From Chlorokybus atmophyticus (Eukaryota; Plantae; Mesostigma and Chlorokybus algae): a stretch of DNA of 64,000 nucleotides. The translations under genes were made by a program, and so were the position numbers. Each line of letters opens with the position of its first letter. Within the stretch, counting starts at the first letter, position 1. The DNA lies in assembly GCA_009103225.1 (NCBI GenBank), contig RHPI01003389.1:911162-975161 (forward strand), given 5' to 3'. The notes below the pieces were generated by a model. That model was not told the origin of the DNA and did not search any database. It saw nothing but the letters and a program-made list of their open reading frames with translations. Shown one piece after another: positions 28,673 to 44,730 of the stretch.

Positions 28673-31600
28673 ATGCCACAAGTAGACGCGAACATGACGG
28701 ACGCTGTGGAGGAGGAAGGCGCTCCGCACAGGCTGCCTTTGCAACCTCTGCCTCAAGTACGCAACAGTGCAGCTCTCGCAACCGTCGCAGCAAATAAGCC
28801 ATTCAAGTCTCCCGTCGTGGCTGCGGTAAAACAATCACATCTGCTTTGGTATATGTGATGGACAACAAACTGGTGTTCAGTTTTGTTTTAAGCTTTAGCT
28901 GTACTACTCATTGGGCGCATGGGTGAGTGCGTGTAATTGCACCTGCACATGCGTGCATGCTCGTGCTCGTGAGCGTGTTGCTGTGCCGCCCTTCATGCGC
29001 TTACACCTCCAACACAGGGCACAGCGCCAGCAGCAAAGCGCTTCATAGCCCCGAAGCCTGCTGCCACTACAATCAACCCACCGTCCACAGTTTACTTAAA
29101 GCAGCAGACTGCCATCAATGGAGATGATGACAATGGCAAACAGGCAGCCACAGCCTTACAATACTACACGGTGCTGTACCGGAAAAGATCTAACCGCAAG
29201 CATAAAGGCCCCTACCAAGTGAGTTGTTTGACTGTCACGCGTGCATTGCTGGAATACTGCCTGTTTGGGTCAGCTGTGGACAAGTGCAAAGTATTTGCAT
29301 GCAGGATGGGGTTCTGATTGTGCAAGGGCGGTCTTGCACACTTGAAAGCTCGGTGAGTGAAGGATTGAACAGCATAGAAATGTATAAATATGCTGAGTTA
29401 ATAAGCTTTATCGTTTTGGTTGTTGATTGGGTCAGGAGGGAAAGAAGGTGTCGAAAGCAAGCGTCAGCGGCTGCAGCAACATGCCTGAAGGGGCTACACT
29501 TGAGGCAAGTTGCAGTCAACTTCGTCATCAATAATACTATCACCACCACCACATTGTCATTGTCACAGCTTGATTGTTAATCTGCAGGTGGGAGTGTATG
29601 AGTTGGAGGTCTGCTCAACAGCAACAGCAGAGGCATATCACGCCGGTACAATCTACCGTTGTGCACCGGCATCGACAGCGTCTTCTGTTGCCGCGCCTGT
29701 TGGTGAGCGTGTTGACAGAGCTTGTTGAGACAAGCACGTTGGCAAGTTGGCACTGCTGGTATGTGTGGCGCTTGCTAAGTAGAGGCTTCTCTTGTGTCAG
29801 GACCAGCGAAAGGATTCAGGCCTGTTACAGCAGGCGTGTCCATATCAAGGTCTCCTTCAACAATAGACATGAACATGAATATGACTTTGCGCTCTGCCTG
29901 TTGAGACACTTATTGCTAGTATCATGCATCACAGGGGACCAGTGCAAAACAAGAACATGGCGTTGGGAAAGGTTTGCTCTCAGCATTCGCTGTCCTGCCT
30001 CAGTGCTTATGCGACTATCATGGTGTGATGTGTGTGAAACCACTCACGGCCTCTTGTCCAGGATGCAATTGTGCTGAATGCAAGCCGGACAGTTGGAGAT
30101 GCTGCGGAGGTACCTGTCGTCATTGATCAGGTAAGTTGCAGGCACACAGTAACAGCATGCACCAATGAACGCATTGGAATCGTCCACTTCTTGTCCTCGA
30201 AGACATGCAGGCAATCAATTCTGCAGCACAATCTGATTTTGTTTTTCCCTGTTTCAAGCAGATCTTGTGCACTGCGTTGTTCCTGAGATTTGTGTTGCTC
30301 AGTACATAGGAGCGAAGTTGCGGCCCCACCAGATTGAGGGTGTCAAGTTCATGTACGACGCGGCAATGGGCGTTTCAAGTCCCGGCTACAGTGGCGGTCT
30401 GTTAGCGGTATGGACCTCACAACCTGCTGCTTGGATCTGATCTAAACAAGGGGCTTCAGCATGCATTTTTTCAAGCCTTAGAGCAAGAGGTACGCATAAC
30501 ATGCAGGCAGTACCCATCTGATATGATTAATCGCAGGATGCCATGGGACTTGGCAAAACCATTCAAGTGATTACTCTGTTGTGGACGTTGCTGAAACAGG
30601 TTAGCACACACAATCTTGCATACTAGCCTGGCAAAGTGCCATCATTGCTGATATACAATATACAGAAGTAGAACAGAGGTACATACGTACATCACAATAA
30701 CAAAGCTATTCACAGGGCCCGCAAGGCAAACCAGTTGTGCAAGCAGCCGTTGTGGTTTGCCCCTCGTCGTTGGTGCAGAACTGGCAGAATGAGGTAAGTA
30801 GCGACTGCTTCAGTCTCTCATCAGTGTAAGCGGTTGACCGGTGTGTCTCGTGTCTCTCAGGTCAACAAGTGGCTTGGGGTTGAGAGGCTTCGCGCTCTTG
30901 CTGTGCATGCCGGAACCACCAGTGCTGAGGTCCCGTGCCCTGTGCACAACTTGTGTTTGGATTGTGACGTGCGTGTACCAAAGTGGACCTGAGATCTTGT
31001 GCACTTGTGCAGGCCAAGAGCACATGTCAGGACTTTGTTCGCGGGACCATCTGGCCGCTGCTCATCATCTCATACGAGCTTCTGAGAAAGCATGCGACCA
31101 CTATTGCTGCCGCTAAACCCGGAATATTAGTATGCGATGAGGGTCACCGGTTGAAGAACAGGTCAGTACCCCTCCAATGCATCCATGCATAGTATGATAA
31201 CTGCAGACCTCTTACTTGCTGTCTTCGTGTGCAGCCTTGGCAACAAAACCATCAGCGCCCTGCTGTCGTTGCAATGCCCAAGACGACTCATTCTGGTAAT
31301 GCCATGTGTGCTCCTACTCATGCATCCATTGTAAAAAGCCTTTCGACACTCACAGTGCTGTCTTTGTTACGCTTGATCGAGCAGTCAGGCACACCCGTGC
31401 AGAACGACCTGGAAGAGTTCTTCAGCATGGTATGTTGGGTCCGCTCCACCTTGCAACTTAGAATATGCTTTCACTTGAGGCTGTGCCTGTTATGACGTGT
31501 AGGTGGACTTTGTCAACCCAGACATACTTGGACCCTTACCCGCATTCAGAAAGGTCTACGCAGAGCCCATCTTGCGCAGTCGAGATCGTACAGCAACGTA

Positions 31601-33671
31601 TGATGTGTCAACTGTACACAATTGGTGGCATGCTTTTTTTTGGACACATCTGCTGTGGGTTTTGAATACGTGTTTACGCACAGTGCTTGCGTGTACATGA
31701 AGCTCAGATAGATGCATTGCAGTCACACCGAACGCGAGCTGGGAGAGGCCAGAGCGCAGGAGCTCAAGAGGAGAACATCGCAGTTCTTTCTGCGGCGCAC
31801 AGCTGAAGTCAACGCCGCTTACCTTCCACCGAAGCAAGAGTAAGATTGCCGTGTGCCCTGACTGATGTACGCATGCACGCACGTGCTGGCCAACATGTGT
31901 GTGTAGCCACTGACTTCTGTTACCTCTCTTGCAGGCTTGTTGTATTTTGTCAGCTGAGCGACCTGCAAAAGACTCTTTATCTGGAGTCTGTGAAATCTCA
32001 GGTAAGATCTACTGTTGCGCAGACCGCATCAAGGGCCTAACTGAACCATTGCATGCAGACTGTCAGCTCCATGTTGATGGGTTCTGCCTCCAACCCCTTG
32101 GTGGCCATTGGTCATCTGCGCAAGCTGTGCAACCACCCTGACCTGGTGCACAGCAACAACCAGGGCAAAGCTAAGAAGTCAAAGAACAAAGACAACAACA
32201 ATGATGAGGACATCTTCGGTGGCCCTGGCAGCAGCTCCGATGCAGCCAGCATCTCTGCCACAATTGCTCACTGCTTCCCAGCAGGGTGAGAGCTTTAACG
32301 TGCAACACGCGCGTCTGTTACTTGACGGAAATATCGTGTGAGGTGAAGGACAGGAGTCCAACACTGCATGCAATGCAGGTACCAATTCGGATCCAGCAGC
32401 CCTGAGTGTTGGTCCGGCAAGCTCGATTGTTTAGCTGAGCTGCTACAAGCAACTGCTTCCACGACTGACCGTGTGGTGGTTGTCTCCAACTTCACACAAA
32501 CTCTTGACATCATTGAGGTTTGTTTTGAAGGCAACTGCGTAAGTCCACATATGTTACATTGACATTTCACTCTTGCAGGCAATGTGCACGGCTCGGGCTT
32601 GGAGCTATGTTCGCTTGGATGGGACCACAGACGTCGCGTCACGGCAGTCGCTGGTGGACTCGTTCAACAGCAAGCACTCGCAACATTTTCTGTTCTTGCT
32701 GTCGTCAAAAGCTGGCGGAGCCGGCCTCAACTTGATTGGCGCTAACAGGTTTGTTTCCACCCGCAGTTGTTACAAATAGTACACGTCGTTTTACGTTTGC
32801 ACCTATGTATCAGGCTGGTGCTTTTTGATCCAGACTGGAATCCTGCTATGGACCAACAGGTTGGCAGCAAACACTGCTGAGACTACGCTCATGCAAACAT
32901 AAAGACCACATGCAAACACTGTATACTGCATGCAATATGAGTATGTATGTCCTTCTTCAACAGGCAATGGCCAGGGTCTGGCGTGACGGGCAGGCCAAGC
33001 CTGTTGTCATTTACCGTTTTCTCGCCACGGGCAGGTATGCAATCGTCTCTGGCACTCGCACTGATTTGTCACTGCACGCTATGACGTTGCTTGCCAGACA
33101 CGCTTCTACAGTGTGTTTTATGTCTGTCTCACAACTGCTTCAATATATCAACACCGTACAAAGAGTTGTGTTGGTTGCACAGAATGGTGCGTAAGTTGCA
33201 ACATGCCTCCAGCACTAACAGCAATGCGCTATTGTGGAAACAACTTGTCAACTTGTTGATGCAGCATTGAAGAGAAGATCTTTCAAAGACAGATCTTGAA
33301 GAGCCAGATTGCGGCCACCATGGGCGCCTCAGGTGGGGAGTCCACCTCCAAGGGCGCTCAGTTCTCACAGGAAGAGCTGAGAGAGTTGTTCACGCTTCGC
33401 ACCGTGAGTGGTTTCAGGTTGCTTGTTGTTAAACAAACACACTTATGCAACACATCACCTTACGGGATTCATGGCGCAACATGTGCAGAACACGAGATGT
33501 GACACGCATGAGTTGCTGAAAACCAGCAAGTTGGGCAAGTGGGAAGATTGTTCGGGCTCGGTGCAAGATGAACCGCTTCAAGCGGCCATTGCTGCTGGCG
33601 GCGTAACATTCGTGTGCATTGCTCTTGACAGCACGGCAGCATGCGCTGACGACATAACAATGCAGGGATGA
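28673..33671 (+). CDS. RAD54B: SNF2-family DNA translocase RAD54B/Rdh54-like; multi-exon
   Basis: LRPHQIEGVKF, LAD-AMGLGKT, CPSSLVQNW, CDEGHRLKN, LSGTPVQNDL, LRKLCNHP, SGKL, LLSSKAGGAGLNLIGANRL, DPDWNPA, QAMARVWRDGQ, IEEKIFQRQ. The N-terminal YTVLYRKRSNRKHKG...DGVL segment is RAD54B/Rdh54-like. Confidence 0.9.
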
Positions 33672-34717
33672 CTTTTTCGTGGGTGCTTGCACAACGTGAC
33701 TGGTGCAGTACGTGTTTGGTGCTCGCACATGTGCGCAAATGGACCTGTTAAACAACAGCAATTGATCCCCTTTCACAGCGCACTTTGTCTGCAGCAACTG
33801 TATGTTATACTGCTGTTGTAGCACACACAGTGCAAGTCATACACAGAACTGGAACTTGCATCACGGGGCCGTGAATCTCATCAGGTGAGGTGTTGTGGTT
33901 CACAATAAAAACTGTGGTACACAACTGAGTAGAGCTGGTAAAAGCAGACACTAAGCAGGACATATAGCCATTCCACTCAAATCCCGCACTAACAGATAAC
34001 ATTGGTGGCATCGCACAAGGATAATTCCGTTGTGCATTTCACGTTGGCTCTCCTATAGAGCTGCACCACGGAGGGTATATCAATCACATCCCAACCAAAC
34101 ATCACACATTTACTCTAACTAAGTATGCATTGTCACGCACAAACCCACCAGCAGGCATGAGCATTTCAACGCGCACAACACCCTGCTGATGAGGTCACAT
34201 TGTGTTGTACCACGTCAACATACGCATCTCAATGGCCCAAAGTGGCAATGAACAATCAATAATTGCCAGCATGACAGGCTCAACAATACAACAACAATGA
34301 TGGCAGTGTCACGGCATGCAACGCACAGAACAACAAGCGCATACATAAGCCATTACTTTACCAGCTACAGCGACAACTACAGTAACGTGCGACTAATGTG
34401 TACTCTAGGCATGCGATGCAGACTACAACACTCTGCGCGCGATCGGAAGCGTGTCTGCTGCCAAGAAAGTGCCGCGTGCTCTACGCTCTACGTCTTGGCG
34501 GCCGCCAAGTGGAGGCACGAGTATAACTGAAGTGTAAAAACAAGATACCAGAAAACACGTACTATTCGGGTCTGCTCAATAGAACAACTGTGTACAACGG
34601 CCCTGGGTATATGCTAGGGGCCTAGTGCTGAAATCGAAGACATGCTACTGCTGCGCGAGGCTCTGCGCGGGGCAGAGCGTGCCAAGGAGGGAAGGTCAGA
34701 GCAGTGTCTGCTCTCTC

Positions 34718-37583
<2,866 letters not shown>

Positions 37584-40500
37584 GGCCGCCGAGCACGCAC
37601 CCAGGGGGCAAAAACCCCACGGCAACCACCAACTCGCCCCTCACCCAACAGACGATAGCTTTGAAATGCAACCCAACCCTACGCGTCCACCAAGGGCTAG
37701 CAGCCCTGCTGCTGGCGCCGCAGCCTGTTGCGGACCCTCACCCTTTGCAACAACATCGGCACGGCCCTCTGCAAATCCCAACGCTCCCACAGCTCCGATC
37801 CACAAGCGCCGTGCAGAAGAACCTCCACAACCTCCAGCCAGGCCAATACCCTCAACTCGCCCGCCCAACCCACCGTCCAAGGGCACAGAGCCCGCCCCAA
37901 CCGGCACACGGCAACCCTGGGCGCTGCCTCTGAGTGTCCACACCCCAGCTCACCCACCTCACGCTCCGCTCCACAACCTTCGGCTCCACGTCCAACGCCG
38001 CCGCCTCGTCCTCCACGTCCGCCGCCGCCGCCACCTCCTAGCGCCCGCACTCGTCCTCCTCAGTTAGGGCTTAGCGCTTTGCGCAAATGCGCCCGGCTAA
38101 CCGCCGTTGCCCTCCCGCGACGCTCGAGGTACCAAAAACAAAAATTACGAAATAAAAAGAAGAAACAGTCATCAAAGCCTCTCGCGGCGGGAAGTCGGTC
38201 GGTTAACCCGGTTAGGGCTTTCCACGCCGAGGAACCTCGCTTAGTATAAACGCGCTACGCCCATCCAATAAACATGGCCTTAACCTTGACCTGAAAGCTT
38301 GTCCCCGTCACATAGTCCAGATGGGCTTCGAAGCCCAGTTTGAGCTGGGCTTGTGCTTGCGTGGGCTGAATGGGTGAGGTTGACATTAGTTGAACCTCCC
38401 GCTTTGTGGCGTCAGCCTGACACCATGCCGACGTCAGGTTTGGGCGGAGGGGCGGCCTCGTACGGCATTATCGGCATCGTCCCAAGGATGAGGATGAAAA
38501 CGGAGCGTAGATCTTTGTACCAACGATGTATCGTACATGTATTGTGCGAATACGATCGGCCCCGGCGTTTGGCAACCGCAGGTAGCGCCGCGATAAGCTC
38601 GACCAAGACAACAGATAACACAATAATCATAAAAATCATGAGCGTTTTGGCGCGGAATCCGCCGGGCTTGCGTGGCGGACGCCTTTTCGGCTCAGACTAG
38701 TAGACTGTACTGTGCATCATGCAGCGCGCGTGTTCGCTTGTCCTCAGTCAAATCCGGTCCAGAGGTTCCTTTTCTCTTTGAGTGTACCTGTTATCGTGAT
38801 GCAGTTTAGACTGACCGCGTCTCGGTTTAGGGTCAGGTCAGGTGACTGATAGAGGGTGTGCATATAAGTACGTGTGCAAACCCCCAAAACTCCTTCCGCC
38901 TCCTCCCTCCGCCCCAATCTTCCGCCGTTGCTGACGTCAGATACGTGCCAAGATTGCTACACAATGCGGATGTGTACGACGACGCAATGCGGATGTGGCC
39001 GGAGCAAGTCGCCGCTTGTGTGATGACTGGAGCGCGGTCGCTGTGGTAGGCCGGGGTCACGCCGCCAAATGAATGTCACAACGTTCATCATCAATAAAGG
39101 TGCATCACTCGTAGATTGAGGTGCATTGATCATCATCAGCTGTCAATGTGCATGCCGTTACCATGCTGTTACCGGTACTGCGACATAACCATTCTGATGC
39201 ATACGCCATCATGTATCAAAGATCTTACGTGGCTAGCCAATGCGGCAGTTTCCTTACCACCGGTATCGCACAAGGTACGGTGTAATGACCTTCATGCCCT
39301 GGTGAAATGTCACTTACATGCACATGGTTCGTAATGTACCACTGATCACTCATACCAGATGTACAACCAATATCAATATTATGTATGCATCATGAATATG
39401 TGGATGGCTTGCATCGATGCTTACATTGTATCGTTGAAAAATCGCATGCATTGGAGCTTGACAAACATCAATCGGAATGCGAATCAAATACAATCTGAAA
39501 AAATATAGACAGTTTTATTGACGTATATGGGTCTATGCATTGCGCTTGCGGTTGTTTTATGCTGCGTAGCACACCTTGCACTTTGCATTGCGTATATTGC
39601 TATTGAAAAGCATGATATTTGTCATTATATTAGCTGTCAGCAAGCACATCAGTATGAATTTGAATATTACTCCTTCCGCTTTTGCCACGTCGCGTACACA
39701 TGGGATTAGTGCCTCGTGCCAGTATTAGCACGAGCAATTTGTACTTAGACCGGCCACTTGCAAACAGCTTGTGCCGGTACTGGCACAAAGTATGCCAGTT
39801 CTGATCTGTATATTATATGCATGTAATGGCACAAATGCTATGCCAGCAATGGCCTAGTATTAACAACACGTACCAACAATGGCACAAGCCCGGACCAAGT
39901 AGTTTATGCGAGTATCAACAATCAAGTAAATTAATGCCATTATTAATTTTGAAATTTAAGACCTCAAGACTGGCATAATCTCGAGCTCAAGGGCTCTGCC
40001 GGGCTTAGACGGTAGTGTTGGGTCTAAGCCTTGCAAAAGAACTTTAGTCGAGAACCGGAAGACCCGGATAAACCGGATAAGCACTAACTTACTTGGCACT
40101 TATCGAATAAGTAACGAGCGACTCAATCCTAATTGGTAATCTCGATTATTGTGTTGTAAGTGCTAACGAGTTACTCGTCTCAGTCAGCGCTTCAGCCAGC
40201 GAATCAAGTGCGTAAACTGGTTCAACCGACTCGGTTGGCACAATTACGCAGCAATTAGTAAGCAATGTGTAAGTCAGCTGATTAATATCTGAAAGCTTGT
40301 GAACATACAAGCTTACAAGCTTAATAGCTCAGTTATATGTAAGTTTCTCGCCCAAGTCACTGGCGGCAGTGTAGCTCATGTCACGACTTTGCATAAATTG
40401 TGATCGACCCAACTCATGGTAGCGTCTTTTGCTACCATAGCCTAATGATCGGAGCTCACTTGCTACAATGGTATCGGAGCTTGACGTCTCAACTTCAACT

Positions 40501-40602
40501 CCCGTAGGGGAGTGAGGCAGATCCAAGGGCAAAAAACATTTGGGGCGGCTTGCCCTAGGCTGGGCGCAGGTTCGCAACCTGCGCGCCGAGCCAGTTTGAC
40601 CT

Positions 40603-42166
40603 TGTCGCAAATTTTACATAGTGACTGACAAGGGACTGAGGAACTGACGGGTGCCTGACCCTCCCTGACCCTACCTGACGTAACGAATTGGTCCATAAAG
40701 GGACTTTTTAAGACGGCGTTGCTATTAAGCAACATATACCGACGGCAAGTGGCCGACCGATAAGTACAATCGACGGTGGCCTGAGTGTGACGGCAACATC
40801 GGACATTAAGGTAACGGCCAATTGTCGATCGTCCCCTTTGCGCGATGGCGACCTATCTGAATAGAAGATAAGTCACGTTTTGGTCACATATAGTGACGGC
40901 CGACCGCCGATCGTACCTTGACTGTCGAAAAGTATGCGCGACGGCCTGCCTACTTTGGCAAGCCAGTCACCGTTAGTCCTTAACAGGTGACCTTACCGCG
41001 TTTATGAAGTGACGGCTGATCGCAGGTTGTGCACTTAACGCGTAGGCGACCTACTTAATGTGTGTCAAGCATGATAAGCAAGTGACCGCAGATCTCTAAA
41101 TGTCGGCAAGTCGGGACGGTGGTACCGGCAAGCAAGTCGAGACGCGGGTACAATGCAGCCGCCGTACTATGTCAATGGTACGAACAGTGCCATTGTCGCA
41201 ATGGCACTATCGTACCATTGGTATGGGACGATAGTGCCATTGCAACAATGGTACTTCGTACCATAATAATAATATGATAATGCCGTTGCGAGTCACGTTT
41301 CAACAACGCGTTTGAATAACTTGGGCTGCCCAAGTTATTCAAACGCTCAACGGCTTCAAGTTGAACAGAGCGTTAAAGGCGGCGGCGGCGGCGGTGATGG
41401 CGGCGGCGGCGGCAACGGCTAACAGTAGGTGAGCTTGGTTGCTGTCTGACGTTATACTACGCGCAACACCGCATGCCATCTAACCACCCTCCTTGCCTCA
41501 GGGCGGCCAGGCCAGGCCAGGCTAGGCCAGACCAGGCCAGGCGGCGGCAGCGGCGGCGGCGGCGGCGGAGCTGGATGGGGCGGTGCAAGAGCCGCAGCTC
41601 AATACAAAGGTAGTACTAGCAGTAGTACCTAAGGTAGTAATAGCAGTAGTGGTAGTGGTAGCAGTGGTGGTAGTCTAGTTGTACTAGCAGTAGTAGTAGT
41701 AGCTCAGTATATTACATTGTAATTTATTTATTTTTTTATTTTTTGTTATTTGTCACGCATTCTTGCAAAGCTGATGACGACAATCAAGCGTGACACCTAA
41801 TTATGACTGAGCGGTACCAGCAGGTACTTGTAAAGGTACACATCATTAACGGTAGGTACCTTAAAGTACCTGACCATTTCGCTCAGTTAGCGTACAGTCG
41901 CCGGTACCAAACTGATACGTACCGGTCAGTTACCTATTGGTTAGGTCAAGTCCCCTTTGCTTAACTGTTGAGTACCTGACAGGTACCTATTAATTAAAAT
42001 CAGTCCCCTTATGCAGACGGCCGCCAACTAATGGTGACGGCCGTTATGCTCAGGTCCATGTATCGAGATCGCCGATAGACTGAAAGTCGACAGTCTAAAT
42101 GAGTATCCTCAGGGGCACGGCCGTTGCCAATATTGTGTCGGCCGACAGGGGAAACATTTTGCGACG
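40603..42166 (+). mobile_element. Non-autonomous short-TIR element (CGTCGCAA family), nested in the TRIM
   Basis: Ends TGTCGCAAATTTT and CATTTTGCGACG. The body is homologous, in inverted orientation, to 50300-52034. No ORF. TSD unresolved. Confidence 0.8.
41308..41346. repeat. Perfect 18-bp inverted repeat with 3-nt loop
   Basis: GCGTTTGAATAACTTGGG-CTG-CCCAAGTTATTCAAACGC, read directly. Confidence 0.95.
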
Positions 42167-43795
42167 CTATGACCGCGTGAGCGGTCACGTGAATTGTCAC
42201 GCCGCGTTGGCAGGTCGCGCAGTGAGGATGGCCGCTGCAGTTCGGTCATTTATGTCCATTCGTAGGCCGGATCAAAAAGACCGCGGACGGACCGGTCGTG
42301 GTACGGCCGTGACCACGACGACGTGGGCTAGTAAGTGCTTCATTGGATAATGAGGAAACTGTGGGTTAAATTGGGGAGGAATGTCAGGATTTCGGATAAA
42401 TTGTGACAGACCTCACTTATGGTAGCGTCTTTTGCTACCATAGCCTAGTGGTCGGAGCCCACTTGATACAGCTCAGGCTTGCCGGCGGGGCGGGCTTAGC
42501 GTGGACGGTTGGGCGGGTGGGCGGGCGCTGCTCAGGTGATTGTTAACGTTGTGTGCACACAACGTGTATGTGTGGTTGCGTGTGTGCGTGGTACAATGAC
42601 TGTGTGTTGCAGCAGGCCTTTCGTTGCTGGCTTGTGTCAAGCTGCTCAGCCGAGCAGCTTGACGCAAGCAAGTATGTAGCTTATTGCTTACTGCCTGCTG
42701 CTGCTGCTGCTGGGCTCTCTCCCCTCTCGTTGTGCCTGCATCAAGCTGCTCGGCCGAGGAGCTTGACGCAAGCAGGCAGATTGCGGCGAGCTATCCTCTC
42801 TCTCTCTCTCTCTTAACCGTTGTCTGCTATAGTTTCTAGCTAGCACATTAACACTGCATGGTGAAATTGATAGTGCATTGCTGCAGCGTTCAAGCATGGG
42901 GTTTTCTTTGTCTTAAGCCTAGATGAAACTCAGGTGGAGTTTTAGCTGTATTGACCGCACACGTTTGACCTCTCTGTCATCTTGCAGCATGCTCGTAGCT
43001 ACCAACCCTTGGTAAGCAGTGGAAGAGAATGCGCACAATGCAGTTGATTAAATCGTAGCCGCTTAGCACCACATAAAGACCAACTGCTCTTGTGCAGGTA
43101 CATGTTGTCCTCAGCTCAATGTTGATTGGGTTGACGTTGACTGGGTTACAGTAAGCCCCTTATGCTGCAAAAGGCAGCATAAGGGGCTTTCTATCATTAA
43201 GCATTTTGGGTTAGCAATACCAACAGCTCAACTCATGAGGTAATTTGGCTGCTCTTGCTGGTTATTATTCTTTGTGCTATAAGTTATAGCATTGGCCTTT
43301 TGTGGCCCGCTCATGCTGCTATTATTCATATTAATTTGCATGCGCAAGCATTGCTGGTCTGACCTGCAGTTTAGACGCGCTGAAGTTGAGCTTCAGCTTA
43401 TAAAGTACAAGCTGAACGTGGAGGAGGTGAACAAGACAAATGCTGGCAAGGTATATCAGTTGCTGGATGGTGAAGGTCTGGCTTTGCAACACAAGCACTC
43501 AGTTTTTGTGGTGGTGCATTCGTTTCAGGTGAGTTCGCGTGTTATATAACTACCAAAGTTATGGCAGCGCAGGCGGAGCCAACAGTCAGCACTGTCACGC
43601 AGGCCAACCGCATGCATGCGCTCCACATGTTGGCCAATTGGTTTCGCATGCTTGGTTGACATTACATAATGTGTTAATGACATACTTACACTCTGTCTGT
43701 AGTGCGTTGCTGTTGTTTGATGTTGGTGAAGCTCACCATGGTCTTTGTGAACAGGTACCAAGTGTTAATTGCGACCTGCAGCAGTGCCCTAGCAG

Positions 43796-44093
<298 letters not shown>

Positions 44094-44730
44094 NGGTCCA
44101 CTAGACCCGCACTCATTTGCCATCTTGGGTGCTGAGATGTCTCCACAGCTGCCAACATGTTCTCCCAATGCATGTACTGTTACACACACATGGTGCGCAT
44201 GTGTGCATGTCTACCTTTGTTGTGCGTGTGTATGTTTGTGCGCATGCGGTTTGCCCCCTTGTTGTTGGCACATCAAGCATGCGCTTTTGCCAACACTTGT
44301 ATGTATGCAGGGTCATTACAGAGTTTTCACGATACTCCTTGCCAACCCGCAGAGGCTAGCACCAGCACTCCCCACCGCAGCTGCTGCTACATAAGTTGAC
44401 ATGCAGGTACTCTGTCTCTCCCTCACTTTCTGTCCCTCTGTTGCTACGCGCTTGCTTGCGCGGGCGCGCTGGTGGCCTTGCATGTCTACATGAATTGTTT
44501 TGCTTGTTGTAAGTTTGTGTGGTTCGCAACATGTTGTAGTGCTGTTTAGCTTTTGGTCAATTGTACCTTGTACCCCACCCAACATCTTTTGTTTTCTACG
44601 CAGGAGACCTAAACCCGGACTTGCAAACCCAGACTCGAACTTCGACGTAGACCTGAACTTAGCAGATCATGAAGTCTGCAAGGCCTTTGATACTAAGCTG
44701 AGCCGAAGCCGGAGCTGGTGTTAAAGCTAG

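Larger units (their letters stand above)
40379..42470 (+). mobile_element. TRIM (non-autonomous LTR retroelement, ~530 bp without insert) carrying a nested TIR element
   Basis: 89-bp LTRs at 40379-40467 and 42382-42470, TG...CA, 13 mismatches. 5-bp TSD GCTCA at 40374-40378 and 42471-42475. PBS TGGTATCGGAGC at 40469-40480 (iMet-like). PPT AAATTGGGGAGGAA precedes the 3' LTR. Confidence 0.92.

Noticed and set aside
34494-34509. 16-bp perfect palindrome CTTGGCGGCCGCCAAG between RAD54B and BAM; similarly TGGGCTTCGAAGCCCA near 38325
   Set aside because: Isolated, with no accompanying terminal motif or repeat; may be chance.
38645-38700. Helitron 3' end (TCCGCC...GGCGGA hairpin, then CTAG|T)
   Set aside because: Stem only 6 bp, spacing long, and no 5' end or second copy identified.
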